The notes: generated by a model not told the origin, from the sequence alone. Positions 35,206-45,415 are shown, counted from the first letter of the stretch. The stretch is 64,000 bases of DNA from an uncultured Spirochaetaceae bacterium (GCA_964346455.1 CAYFUX010000004.1:44959-108958); one strand, 5' to 3'. Numbers and translations: made by a program.

Positions 35206-36300
35206 ATGGAGAACAAAGGAATTGTTGCGGTCGGCATGAGCGGGGGGGTGGACTCCAGTGTAGCCGCGTATCTGCTGGTACAGGAGGGATATCGCGTCGT
35301 AGGGGTAAGTCACTACATTTGGGAGTTCTCCTCATGCTGTGAAGAGAGCGCCATGCGGCGGGCCGAAGAAGTCTGTAGAAGTCTCGGCATCCCCTATTTC
35401 ATGATCGATTTGTATGGAGAGTTCGAGCGGCAGGTAATCGACGATTTTACCGCCGCTTATCTGCGCGGGGATACGCCCAATCCCTGTGTGCGCTGCAACG
35501 AGACGATCCGCTTCAGCCTTTTTCCGGAAAAAATCCGAAGCCGTCTGAAGGAGGAAGGCTTGTTGACGCCTGAGGAGTCCCTTTCCATTGCAACCGGACA
35601 CTACGTGCGCATCTGGAACACGGAGGATGAAATCCAACTGCTGAAGGGCCGTGATAGGCGTAAGGAACAATCGTATATGCTCTATCGACTACCGCGCAGC
35701 GTCCTGCCGTACTGCAGATTTCCGCTTGGAGAGTATGAAAAGCCGCAGGTGGTGGAGATGGCCCGGCGGGAAGGGCTGCCTACCGCAAGCGTGAAAGAAA
35801 GTCAGGATATCTGTTTTGTCGACGGTTCGTACGCGGATTTTGTTCGCCACAGGGCGGGAGTAGGCGACGTTGATACCTTCGGACCGATCTACGACCTTGC
35901 TGGACGTACTCTCGGAGAGCATCGGGGCTATATCAACTACACCATCGGGCAGCGGCAAGGACTCGGGCTTTCTGACGGCCCCTGGTACGTGGCCAAAGTG
36001 GATGCGGAGCATAACGCGGTTGTCGTTGCCCGCCGTGAAGAGCTGGGAGTACAGAAAACGGTGATCGGAGAAGAAAACTGGCTCACCGATTTGCCCGAAC
36101 GCTTTCAAGGGGCGGTAAAACTGCGTTACAACAGTGCTGAGGTAGGCGCTGAGGTAGTGCGACAGCCGGAGGGCAAAACGGAACTGCACTTTGATGAGCC
36201 GCAGGTGGTCACGCCGGGGCAGTCGGCCGTAGTGTACGACGGAGACCGCGTGCTCGGGGGCGGCATTCTCCTCAAGCACTCCGTTGTAGAAAACATATAA
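35206..36300 (+). CDS. mnmA: tRNA 2-thiouridine(34) synthase
   Basis: PP-loop VAVGMSGGVDSSVAAYLL. Conserved C..RCN cysteines (NPCVRCNETIRF) and QDICF. Confidence 0.9.
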   Translation: MENKGIVAVGMSGGVDSSVAAYLLVQEGYRVVGVSHYIWEFSSCCEESAMRRAEEVCRSLGIPYFMIDLYGEFERQVIDDFTAAYLRGDTPNPCVRCNETIRFSLFPEKIRSRLKEEGLLTPEESLSIATGHYVRIWNTEDEIQLLKGRDRRKEQSYMLYRLPRSVLPYCRFPLGEYEKPQVVEMARREGLPTASVKESQDICFVDGSYADFVRHRAGVGDVDTFGPIYDLAGRTLGEHRGYINYTIGQRQGLGLSDGPWYVAKVDAEHNAVVVARREELGVQKTVIGEENWLTDLPERFQGAVKLRYNSAEVGAEVVRQPEGKTELHFDEPQVVTPGQSAVVYDGDRVLGGGILLKHSVVENI

Positions 36301-36466
36301 GCGCTTTATTGCCGGGCCGTGCCGACTGAGAGGCATAAATGGGGGAAAATGGGCGATGCTCTTCTAAAAAACCCTTTACAATAAGGAATGGTTCGGTATA
36401 GTTATGGTACCTCCGACCTCTATGGACGGACAAAGTATATGCGTACGATGACAATAAGGACGGTGT

Positions 36467-39034
36467 ATGGACGGTAAGGCGCTGGTAATTGTGGAGTCCC
36501 CGACCAAAGCACGGACGATCAAACGTTTCCTGCCTAAACATTACACGGTGGAAGCAAGTATCGGACATGTGCGGGATTTGCCGCAATCTGCGGCGGATAT
36601 TCCTAAGAATTTGAAACAGGAGTCCTGGGCGAGACTAGGAATCGATGTGGAGAACGATTTTAAACCTCTCTATATCACTCCCCGGGGAAAGGGCAAAATC
36701 ATCCGCGAGCTGAAGAAAAAGATGAAAGAGGCGGATTACCTCCTGCTTGCTACGGATGAAGACCGAGAAGGAGAGAGTATCAGTTGGCACCTCGTGCAGC
36801 TGCTGCAGCCCGATATTCCGGTACAGCGCATGGTCTTTCATGAAATTACCAAAAGCGCCATCGAGCACGCTATTCAACACGGCCGAGATATCGATATGAA
36901 CTTGATAAACGCCCAGGAAACCCGCCGAATCCTGGACCGCCTTTTTGGCTATACTCTCAGCCCTTTGATTTGGAAGAAGATTGCCTACGGCCTCTCTGCC
37001 GGGCGGGTTCAATCTCCCGGGCTACGGCTCATCGTGGAGCGGGAACGGGAGAGAATGCGCTTTCGTAAGGCGGTCTATTGGGACCTCAAGGCGCAGCTGG
37101 CAAAACAGGATCCTTCTTCCGGAGGTTTTGAGGCGGTACTGGAGAGTCTGGACGGAAAGCGTGTCGCCGGAGGCAAGGATTTTGACCCCGCTACCGGCGA
37201 GGTGCTTTCCGATAAGGATGTAGTGGTTCTAGAGGAGGCCCGTGCTGAAGAGCTCCGCCAGCGTCTCTCCGAGGGAAACTGGAATGTGCGCTCCGTGACG
37301 GAGAAGCCCAGCCGCAGTAAGCCCTCTTCCCCCTTCATTACCTCCACGCTTCAACAGGAGGGTAATCGCAAACTCCGGATGGGAGCGCGGGAGACCATGC
37401 GGACCGCCCAGCGGCTCTATGAACAGGGCTTTATCACGTACATGCGAACCGACTCTCCGGCGCTTAGTAAGGAAGGTATAGCCGGGGCGAGAAACGCGGT
37501 AGAGGTACTCTACGGCGAGGAATACCTCTCCGAAGAGCCGCGGCAGTACGCCACAAAGGCTCAAACGGCTCAGGAGGCTCATGAGGCGATTAGACCCTCC
37601 GGGGGCGAGTTTCTGCATCCGGATAACACCGGACTTGAGGGGCGGGAAAAGCAACTCTATGCGCTGATCTGGAAGCGTACTTTAGCGAGTCAGATGGCGG
37701 AAGCCCGCAAAATCACCACCACAGCCAAAATAGCGGCGCAAGAGGCGCAATTCAGTGCCGCAGGTACCCGGATCGAGTTTCCGGGATTTATCCGCGTCTA
37801 TGTAGAGGGGAAGGACGATCCGGATGCGGCTCTTGACGATAAAGAGAGCTTCCTGCCGCCTTTAGAAGAGGGAGAGAGCTTGAGTCTCAGCGAATTGACG
37901 TCTCTGTATCACGAAACCAAGCCTCCCGCCCGTTACACCGAGGCCACTATTGTCAGAACGCTGGAGAATATGGGCATCGGCCGTCCCTCTACGTACGCCA
38001 GCATTATCAATACCCTCTTCGAGCGAGGCTATGTGCGCAAGCAGAGCAATGCTCTGGTACCTACCTTTACCGGTTTTGCTGTCATTCAGCTGCTGGAGAA
38101 CCATTTCGAAAATTTAATCAATTACGACTTTACCTCAGAGATGGAGAACACCTTGGATGAGATTGCTGTGGGAAATGTCGATCGTATCGAGTACCTGAAA
38201 CGGTTCTACGTTGGAGAGGAGGGGCTGAAACGCAAAGTCGAGAAACGGGAGAAAGAAATCAAGCCGGAAGAGTCGCGCACCATAAAGCTTCCCCATATCT
38301 CGGTAGTGGATGGTATAAAGGTCGGAAAATACGGCCCCTACATTATCTATCACGACAAAGAGAGCGGAGAGGATATCCATGCATCGGTGCCGGAAGAGTT
38401 CGCCCCGGCGGACCTCAGCGAGGAAGAGCTGAGCGAGATCATCTCTATCGCCAAAAACGGACCGGAACCGCTCGGTCAGGATCCGGAGACGGGGGAGAAT
38501 ATCTACTGTTTGACGGGGCGCTACGGCCCCTACTACCAGCGGGGAGAAAAGAGCGATGATAATCCCAAACCCAAACGGGCGGCACTGCCTAAGGGCACAC
38601 GTCCCAAAGATGCCACGTTGGAGGATGCGCTCAAACAGTTGAGCCTGCCCCGGTATTTGGGCGACCATCCGGAGAGCGGCGAGGCGGTCTATGCCAGCAA
38701 AGGTCGTTTCGGCCCGTATATCGTGCACGACGGCGATTTCCGATCTTTGAAAAAAGATGACGATCTTTTTGAAATCGATCTCAATCGGGCGCTGGAGATA
38801 CTGTCGGAGCCTAAAAAAGGACGGGGGCGCTCAAAAGTGCTCAAAGACTTTGGCAAGGACGAGGAGCTGGGGAAAAAGCTTGCCGTCTATGACGGCCGTT
38901 ACGGTCCCTACATCAAAGTGGGCACCAAGAACGTCTCGATTCCGGAGGAAAAACGGAATGAGAAGAGTATGGAGCAGCTCACGGTGAAAGAGGCGCGAGA
39001 GATCGTACGGGCCTCGAATAAAGTGAAAAGCTGA
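36467..39034 (+). CDS. topA: DNA topoisomerase I (zinc-finger-less C-terminal repeat type)
   Basis: Toprim domain LVIVESPTKARTI and EGESISWH, with active-site region YITYMRTDS. The C-terminus carries four G(K/R)(Y/F)GPY repeats and no CxxC pairs. Confidence 0.95.
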   Translation: MDGKALVIVESPTKARTIKRFLPKHYTVEASIGHVRDLPQSAADIPKNLKQESWARLGIDVENDFKPLYITPRGKGKIIRELKKKMKEADYLLLATDEDREGESISWHLVQLLQPDIPVQRMVFHEITKSAIEHAIQHGRDIDMNLINAQETRRILDRLFGYTLSPLIWKKIAYGLSAGRVQSPGLRLIVERERERMRFRKAVYWDLKAQLAKQDPSSGGFEAVLESLDGKRVAGGKDFDPATGEVLSDKDVVVLEEARAEELRQRLSEGNWNVRSVTEKPSRSKPSSPFITSTLQQEGNRKLRMGARETMRTAQRLYEQGFITYMRTDSPALSKEGIAGARNAVEVLYGEEYLSEEPRQYATKAQTAQEAHEAIRPSGGEFLHPDNTGLEGREKQLYALIWKRTLASQMAEARKITTTAKIAAQEAQFSAAGTRIEFPGFIRVYVEGKDDPDAALDDKESFLPPLEEGESLSLSELTSLYHETKPPARYTEATIVRTLENMGIGRPSTYASIINTLFERGYVRKQSNALVPTFTGFAVIQLLENHFENLINYDFTSEMENTLDEIAVGNVDRIEYLKRFYVGEEGLKRKVEKREKEIKPEESRTIKLPHISVVDGIKVGKYGPYIIYHDKESGEDIHASVPEEFAPADLSEEELSEIISIAKNGPEPLGQDPETGENIYCLTGRYGPYYQRGEKSDDNPKPKRAALPKGTRPKDATLEDALKQLSLPRYLGDHPESGEAVYASKGRFGPYIVHDGDFRSLKKDDDLFEIDLNRALEILSEPKKGRGRSKVLKDFGKDEELGKKLAVYDGRYGPYIKVGTKNVSIPEEKRNEKSMEQLTVKEAREIVRASNKVKS

Positions 39035-39046
39035 ACCTATCGGCGT

Positions 39047-39928
39047 TTATGATTCCCGGGGTGCGGCGGCGTTCTGTTCCTCGGGGCCCTCACTGCAGTA
39101 CTGCGCAATCCAACTGGAGAGGAGCGCGTAGAGCTCTTCCCGTTCCGGTTCATTGTGTACCTCGTGATAAGCTGCGGGAAACTCCCGGAACGTTTTTTCT
39201 TTGGAGCCGATACACCGATAGAGGTAATCACTTGACGAAGGGGGAACGATAGGGTCCTTACCTCCATGATACACAAGCACCGGCAAGGTGAGAGCAGCCA
39301 AATGCGACGGTGTGAGAAGACGCTCGAAACGCAGCAGCTGCAGCCCAGTATACCCCCGGATCTTTCCGGTGTAGACCAGCGGGTCCTTCCGATAGTGCTC
39401 CACCACTTCGGAACGCCGGGAAATGCCCCCGCTATCAAAGGGCATCAGCGGAAGCGTGGGGGCAATGGTTGCGGCGAGGCGGGCGGCGATCCGTCGCGGA
39501 AGGGAGGTTCCATCGCCGAGCCGAACTGCAGCGCCGGAGAGAATGAGCCCTGACAACACGCTCTGGTGCCGCAGTGCGTACAGGAGTGCAAGCCCTCCCC
39601 CCATGCTGTGGCCCATAAGGAAAAGCGGAACGTCTGTCTCAGGACGCACAACAGAGGAGATGAAAGTGTGCTGCTCCTCTACAAGATGTTCCAGTTTCCG
39701 GACAAAGGCGCGGGTACCGTTTGAATATCCGTGGCCGTAGAGGTCGGGTGCCCAAACGGTGCATCCCGCGGAGGTGAGCGCTGAGGCGAACTCCCGATAA
39801 CGGCCGCCATGCTCGCCGTAGCCATGGAATATAACTACCGCGGCTTGATCCTTCACGGGGGGAGACCAGCGGCGGAAAAAACGGGGCGCTCCGGTTTCCG
39901 GATACCAGTATGCTTCTTTGTAGTCCAT
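39047..39928 (-). CDS. alpha/beta hydrolase (lysophospholipase/monoacylglycerol lipase-like)
   Basis: Nucleophile elbow GHSMGG and an HG oxyanion motif (VIFHGYGEH). 293 aa. Confidence 0.85.
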   Translation of the reverse strand: MDYKEAYWYPETGAPRFFRRWSPPVKDQAAVVIFHGYGEHGGRYREFASALTSAGCTVWAPDLYGHGYSNGTRAFVRKLEHLVEEQHTFISSVVRPETDVPLFLMGHSMGGGLALLYALRHQSVLSGLILSGAAVRLGDGTSLPRRIAARLAATIAPTLPLMPFDSGGISRRSEVVEHYRKDPLVYTGKIRGYTGLQLLRFERLLTPSHLAALTLPVLVYHGGKDPIVPPSSSDYLYRCIGSKEKTFREFPAAYHEVHNEPEREELYALLSSWIAQYCSEGPEEQNAAAPRES

Positions 39929-40038
39929 GCGCTCTCCTCTTCTACTAAAAACTGTGGAGGGTGAATGTTTGGCACCTGCACCTTCACTCTATTATACTAG
40001 ATCTTAGGTGTACGGCGCTACCACAAAGGAGGGACTGC

Positions 40039-40515
40039 ATGAGCGCAAATATTTTGGTTTATACAAGTACCTACGGGGGAACGAAAAATATCATCGATCA
40101 TCTAGCGGGCCTGCTCCCTGAAGATGTGAAAATTCTCACCTTCAACGAACTGAGCGGGAAAGAACTGCAACAGGCAGAGCGGATTGCCATCGGGGGAGCA
40201 ATTCACGGAGGAGCGCTGCAGACGGAGTTGAAGGAGTTTCTGGAAGAGAAGACGGAGGAACTGCGAAAAAAGCGGCTGGCTTTGTTTCTTACCTGCATGC
40301 AGCGTGAATATGTGGAGGAATACTTCTTGCGGGAGTTCCCACACGAACTCACCGGGGAGGCAGATGTATTGCTGTGTTTGGGGGGCGACGCCGACCCCGA
40401 CAGGCTTAATGCTATTAACCGCCGTATTCTCAAGCGTACTACCGGAAGCGATGAGCGGCGTCAATGGCACGATACGGAGGCGATGGACCGGCTGGTACAG
40501 TTTTTCAAGGCCTAG
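40039..40515 (+). CDS. flavodoxin-domain protein (HemG/flavodoxin_5-like)
   Basis: ILVYTSTYGGTKNI N-terminal phosphate-binding-like loop. 158 aa. Start at ATG 40039 behind RBS AAAGGAGGG. Confidence 0.65.
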   Translation: MSANILVYTSTYGGTKNIIDHLAGLLPEDVKILTFNELSGKELQQAERIAIGGAIHGGALQTELKEFLEEKTEELRKKRLALFLTCMQREYVEEYFLREFPHELTGEADVLLCLGGDADPDRLNAINRRILKRTTGSDERRQWHDTEAMDRLVQFFKA

Positions 40516-40748
40516 AGTGTGCAGGTAATATTAACCGGGCAGGCTAATTGAAGAATGAGTAATTTAGACGACAAAAGAAAAACCGTGCAGATTTCTGGCC
40601 GAAAGAGGAATGTATGTAATAAAAAAATGAAGTTTTTGTTAGACTAATAAATAGTTGACTCAAAATGAATTATAGAAGGTGACGCTTGGTTGTGTCGTAA
40701 AAGTTATAGTAAAATCATAGTGCAGCGAAAATTATTTTAGGGTTGCTA

Positions 40749-40777
40749 TTGACTTTACCAGATGTTTTTATTACGAT
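40749..40777 (+). promoter_or_regulatory. candidate promoter TTGACT-17-TACGAT in the AT-rich proVWX leader
   Basis: Read directly. It lies in a 336-bp AT-rich gap in an otherwise GC-rich window. Confidence 0.35.
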
Positions 40778-40851
40778 AAAAACAAATCGGAAGCTTACAT
40801 GGATAGCGTAATAGTGATTCCTATAGAGTTGAAATAGTAAGAGGGATAAAT

Positions 40852-42150
40852 ATGGAAACGGATGCGAAAATAAAGGTAGATAACCTTTACAAGATCTTTG
40901 GCCCCAATCCAAAACGGGCTTTCCCGCTCATCGAGCAGGGAAAAACACGTGAAGAGATTTTAGAGAAAACCGGAAACGTCGTCGCCGTACGGGGGGTGAG
41001 TTTCGAGATCAAGCAGAAGGAGACCTTTGTGATTATGGGTCTCTCGGGAAGCGGTAAATCGACGCTCATTCGTACCGTAAACCGGCTAATCGAGGCCACT
41101 TCCGGACACATTTATGTGGACGGCGAAGATGTGACGCAGATGGATGCGGAAACGCTGCGGCAGAAGCGGCGGTATCTCATGTCTATGGTCTTCCAGCACT
41201 TCGGTCTCCTGCCACACCGCAACGTGACGAACAACGTTGAATTTGGCCTCGAGATCGGCGGCATGGATAAAGAGGAGCGCCGGGAAAAGGCCATGAAAGC
41301 CATTAACCTTGTCGGCTTGAAGGGCTATGAGTTTGCCATGCCCGATGAGCTTTCCGGTGGAATGCAGCAGCGTGTCGGTCTTGCCCGCGCCCTCGCTAAC
41401 GACCCGGAGATTCTACTGATGGATGAGGCCTTCAGCGCCCTCGACCCTCTGATCCGCTCCCAAATGCAGGATGAACTGCTTGAGCTGCAGGCCAAAATGC
41501 ATAAGACGATCATGTTCATTACCCACGATTTGGACGAAGCGCTGAAGCTCGGCGACCGGATCTTGATCCTCGGTCCTGACGGTACCGCCCGCCAGCTTGG
41601 AACGCCGGAACAAATTCTTTCCAACCCGGCGGACGAGTATGTGGCAAAATTTGTCGAGGATGTGGACAAAACCAAGGTTATAACCGTCAGCTCCATTATG
41701 CGTAAGGTTCCGGTTGTCACGAGTCCTAAGGACGGTCCCGGAGCGGCAAGCCGCACAATGGAAAAGAATGGTATTTCGAGCATCTTTGTCGTGGATACCG
41801 AGCGGCGCCTGAAGGGGCTCGCGAAAATCGACGACACTGTACAGCTGCAGAGGGAAAAGAAAGACAAGCTCGAAGGGATATTGGAAACCGATATCTATAC
41901 TACCTATGTATCGACGGCCATCGCTGACCTGTTGCCTATTGCGATAAAGTCAAGGTACCCGATCGCAGTAGTCGACGAAGACGGTAAGTTCAAGGGAATT
42001 GTCGATCGTGCGGCTATTATCAACGAGATGAGAGAAGATACCAGCGACGAGCAGACTACGAGTCACTATTCGGAGTACGCGGAACGGACGGAAGGGCTCG
42101 AAAAGCCCGAGGATACTGAAGAACAGGCTTCGCAGACTGAAAAGAAATAG
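40852..42150 (+). CDS. proV: glycine betaine/proline ABC transporter ATP-binding protein with tandem CBS domains
   Basis: Walker A GLSGSGKST, signature LSGGMQQRV and Walker B ILLMDEAFSALD. C-terminal CBS pair. Confidence 0.9.
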   Translation: METDAKIKVDNLYKIFGPNPKRAFPLIEQGKTREEILEKTGNVVAVRGVSFEIKQKETFVIMGLSGSGKSTLIRTVNRLIEATSGHIYVDGEDVTQMDAETLRQKRRYLMSMVFQHFGLLPHRNVTNNVEFGLEIGGMDKEERREKAMKAINLVGLKGYEFAMPDELSGGMQQRVGLARALANDPEILLMDEAFSALDPLIRSQMQDELLELQAKMHKTIMFITHDLDEALKLGDRILILGPDGTARQLGTPEQILSNPADEYVAKFVEDVDKTKVITVSSIMRKVPVVTSPKDGPGAASRTMEKNGISSIFVVDTERRLKGLAKIDDTVQLQREKKDKLEGILETDIYTTYVSTAIADLLPIAIKSRYPIAVVDEDGKFKGIVDRAAIINEMREDTSDEQTTSHYSEYAERTEGLEKPEDTEEQASQTEKK

Positions 42151-42176
42151 GAAAATAGGATAGAGGAGTAAACTGA

Positions 42177-43025
42177 ATGACTGAGTTGCTACGAGAAATA
42201 TTTAACATAGGTGGAGCCTTTGAAGCAGTCATCGATTGGCTGACCGACAATTTGGGCTTTGTCTTTGACGTTATCGCGAATATCATTGACGGGATTCTCA
42301 CCGTCTTCTTCGATGTACTGATGTTCGTGCCGCCGCTTGTAATGATATTGATTCTGGCGGGAATTGCCTTTGTGACGGCTAAGAAGGGCGTGGCCATTTT
42401 TACTGCCATCGGGTTTTTCATTATTTTTGCAATGGGATTGTGGCAGCCTACAATGGATACCATTGCCCTGGTGATTACATCGGTATTGCTGGCGCTGGTT
42501 GTTGCCATCCCTATTGGTATCTGGGCGTCGAAAAACGATGCGGTTGAACAGATTGTCCGGCCGATACTGGACTTCATGCAGACGCTGCCGGCCTTTGTGT
42601 ATCTGATTCCTGCGGTGCTCTTCTTCCGTCTTGGCGCGGTACCGGGCGTCGTGGCTACCTTGATCTTTTCCCTACCGCCGTCAGTGCGGCTTACGAACCT
42701 CGGTATTCGCCAGGTTCCTAAGGAGATCAAAGAGGCGAGCGTCTCTTTTGGCGCTTCCAACCGGCAGATGCTGGTCAAGGCCGAGCTGCCGGTGGCACTT
42801 CCCACGATTCTCGCCGGAGTGAACCAGACCATCATGTTGGCTCTCTCCATGGTTGTTATCGCAGGTATGATCGGTGCCGGCGGTCTCGGCAACGAAGTGC
42901 TGAAGGGTATTACCCAGCTGAAGATCGATCTCGGATTCGAGAGCGGCATCAGCATTGTAATTTTGGCTATTTTTCTGGACCGCGTCACCCAGGCGCTGGG
43001 TGAACTGACGCAGAAACAGCAATAG
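42177..43025 (+). CDS. proW: glycine betaine/proline ABC transporter permease
   Basis: ProW-like TM protein with permease loop PPSVRLTNLGIRQVPKEIKEASVSFGAS. Confidence 0.9.
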   Translation: MTELLREIFNIGGAFEAVIDWLTDNLGFVFDVIANIIDGILTVFFDVLMFVPPLVMILILAGIAFVTAKKGVAIFTAIGFFIIFAMGLWQPTMDTIALVITSVLLALVVAIPIGIWASKNDAVEQIVRPILDFMQTLPAFVYLIPAVLFFRLGAVPGVVATLIFSLPPSVRLTNLGIRQVPKEIKEASVSFGASNRQMLVKAELPVALPTILAGVNQTIMLALSMVVIAGMIGAGGLGNEVLKGITQLKIDLGFESGISIVILAIFLDRVTQALGELTQKQQ

Positions 43026-43103
43026 AGGTTCGTGGCTCTTCGGCATTACGATGCCGGGGTGCGCGAGATCGAAGTTCGAAAATCTTTTAAGGAGGATTTA
43101 TAT

Positions 43104-44009
43104 ATGAAAACCATGAAAAAACTTTTCATGCTTGCCATCGTAGTGATGGTTGCCACCACCTTTGTCTTTGCAGAAGGACAGCAGGAAGGTGCTGAACAGG
43201 AGGTCGACAAGACCGCCAATCTCGTCTATGTAAACTGGGCAGAAGGTATAGCCTACACTCATCTGGCAAAGAACATTCTCGAGACGCAAATGGGCTATGA
43301 GGTGAACATCACCGCTGCAGATGTAGCCCCCGCGTATACTTCAATTGCACAGGGGGATATGGATGCCTTTATGGAGACCTGGCTTCCCACGCTCCACAAG
43401 AGCTATGTAGAAGATTACGGCGACCAGATCACCGATCTGGGACATGTCTTCGAAGGTACCCAGAGTGGCTGGGTCATTCCGCAGTACATGGCGGATGATG
43501 GCGTTACCACCATCTCCGATCTGAGAGACGAAGAGGTAGCGGAGAAACTCGACTACGAGATTACCGGCATCGATGCCGGCGCAGGCGTTATGGTGACGTC
43601 TGATGAAGATACTATGCCCGCCTATAACCTCCGTGACTTCGGGTATGAGCTCGTCGCCTCCAGCGGCCCCGCTATGGCTTCCGCGCTTAAGAAAGCGATC
43701 GACAATGAAGAGTACATCGTCGTCACTGGCTGGAAGCCGCACTGGAAGTTTGCCCGCTGGGACCTCACTTTCCTCGAACAGGACGAAGAAAAGATTTGGT
43801 CAAAAGGCAATATCCACATCATGGGCCGCAAGAACATCAAAGAGGATAAGCCCGAGCTGGCTCAGTTCCTCTCCAATATGTTCTTCACCACCGAAGAGGT
43901 TGGTTCTCTGATGCTCGCCGTCCGCGAGTCCGATGCAGATCCGATCGAATCCACCAAGAAGTGGATGAATGAGAACCAGGACGTCTGGCAGGACTGGATT
44001 CCCGAGTAA
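43104..44009 (+). CDS. proX: glycine betaine ABC transporter substrate-binding protein
   Basis: Signal peptide, then an OpuAC-family fold (YVNWAEGIAYTHL...TGWKPHWKF). Start at ATG 43104 behind RBS AAGGAGG. Confidence 0.9.
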   Translation: MKTMKKLFMLAIVVMVATTFVFAEGQQEGAEQEVDKTANLVYVNWAEGIAYTHLAKNILETQMGYEVNITAADVAPAYTSIAQGDMDAFMETWLPTLHKSYVEDYGDQITDLGHVFEGTQSGWVIPQYMADDGVTTISDLRDEEVAEKLDYEITGIDAGAGVMVTSDEDTMPAYNLRDFGYELVASSGPAMASALKKAIDNEEYIVVTGWKPHWKFARWDLTFLEQDEEKIWSKGNIHIMGRKNIKEDKPELAQFLSNMFFTTEEVGSLMLAVRESDADPIESTKKWMNENQDVWQDWIPE

Positions 44010-44050
44010 GTACAATTACCAATAGGTAGTTAACTGAAAGGCAATCGCGT

Positions 44051-44076
44051 ACCGCCCCTTCGGGGGCGGTTTTTTT
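44051..44076 (+). terminator. intrinsic terminator after proX
   Basis: ACCGCCCC-TTCG-GGGGCGGT followed by a 7-T run. Confidence 0.85.
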
Positions 44077-44236
44077 ATTCCCTAGTACATTATTGCCTAG
44101 TAAACTGTTGAGACGGGTAGCCGAATCAGCTCTTCGCCGTGACCAGTATCGGGTATTACCGCGGCATTATATTGCAGGTTTCGAACACCTGCGTTAGGCT
44201 CAACATACTCAAATGAACAGAAGGAGGAGAATGATA

Positions 44237-44542
44237 ATGGAACAGCATCCACTCGAAGCTATTATGACCGAGGACAGTGAACTCTTTGCGGCGATCGAAA
44301 GAAACCGTGAACTTGCTTTTGAAAACGGTGCGCTCTCAAAAAAGATAAAACTCCTTATTGCGGCAGCCCTAGACGCCTCAAAGGGAGCTGATGAGGGGGT
44401 AAAGGCTCTTACCGAACAAGCACTCCGGGAGGGAGCCAGCCGGCAGGAAGTGATGGAGACTCTCCGGGTGGCCTACTTTGTTTCCGGGGCGGGAAGTATC
44501 TACACTGCCTCAAAAGGTCTCCGGGAGACGCTGAATAGCTAA
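44237..44542 (+). CDS. carboxymuconolactone decarboxylase (AhpD-like) family protein
   Basis: About 100 aa with a CMD-type helical pattern (LSKKIKLLIAAALDASKGADEGV...EVMETLRVAYFVSG). Confidence 0.75.
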   Translation: MEQHPLEAIMTEDSELFAAIERNRELAFENGALSKKIKLLIAAALDASKGADEGVKALTEQALREGASRQEVMETLRVAYFVSGAGSIYTASKGLRETLNS

Positions 44543-44665
44543 AACGTCACGTTACCGTACTTCACTTTACTTTATTAACGTGGCCTTCTATAGTTGAAAA
44601 GAAGAGAGGCGGAGAGCTCTGCTTCCCGAATTACCGCCCTGTGCGGAATACGAAGGAGGTTACGA

Positions 44666-45322
44666 ATGGCACATTCGATTTGTACAATAGTAGGAGTAGG
44701 CGAGAAAGTAGGCGCAGCGGTGGCAGAGGCCTTTGGTAAAGAGGGGTTCGAACTGGCTCTGATTGCGCGAAATCGGGACCACCTCACTGATATTGCAGGG
44801 CGCCTCGAGTCGGAGGGGGTCACGGTACGGACCTACGCCGCCGATGCCACCGACGAGAAAGCGTTGAAAAGCTGTTTCGACAGTATAGAGCAGGAGGCAG
44901 GCGTTCCGGAGGTCGTGGTGTACAACCCGGCGATCATCGCCGAGGAGAAGCCGAGTGAACTGACCCCCGAGGGACTGCAGCCGTATTTCGATGTGATGCT
45001 CTACGGAGCGCTCAATACTGTCAATGCGGCGCTTCCCCGTATGCGGCAAAGGAGCAGCGGTACGCTGCTGTTTACCGGGGGCGGATTTGCAATTGAGCCC
45101 GCAGTAGAGCTCTCTTCACACTCCATCGCTAAGGCGGCCCTCCGGAATTACGTGCGGGCGCTTTATAAAGAGCTCGAACAGGAGGGGCTGCATGCAGCTA
45201 CCGTGACAATTACAAGGCCCCTAGAAGCGGGGGAAGATATGCAGACGGCAGCGGCCCAGTTTGTGAAGCTCTACCGGCAGCAGCTGGCAGAGTACGACTG
45301 GGAGATCGTATACGGCGACTGA
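44666..45322 (+). CDS. SDR-family oxidoreductase
   Basis: Rossmann motif IVGVGEKVGAAVA, an NPAI-type motif and a catalytic-region YxxxK-like segment (SIAKAALRNY). Start at ATG 44666 behind RBS GAAGGAGG. Confidence 0.8.
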   Translation: MAHSICTIVGVGEKVGAAVAEAFGKEGFELALIARNRDHLTDIAGRLESEGVTVRTYAADATDEKALKSCFDSIEQEAGVPEVVVYNPAIIAEEKPSELTPEGLQPYFDVMLYGALNTVNAALPRMRQRSSGTLLFTGGGFAIEPAVELSSHSIAKAALRNYVRALYKELEQEGLHAATVTITRPLEAGEDMQTAAAQFVKLYRQQLAEYDWEIVYGD

Positions 45323-45325
45323 GTT

Positions 45326-45415
45326 CTATTCGGCGGAGTAGATGTGCACCTGGTTGCGGCCCGCCTGTTTTGCAGCATACAGATCTATATCCGCTGAGTT
45401 CGTCGGTTGTGGCGA
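45326..45415 (-). pseudogene. 3'-terminal remnant of a GGDEF diguanylate cyclase gene
   Basis: The last roughly 25 codons read ADIDLYAAKQAGRNQVHIYSAE*, the conserved C-terminus of GGDEF domains. Upstream of this the ORF is only the antisense of the hydroxylase gene. Confidence 0.5.
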
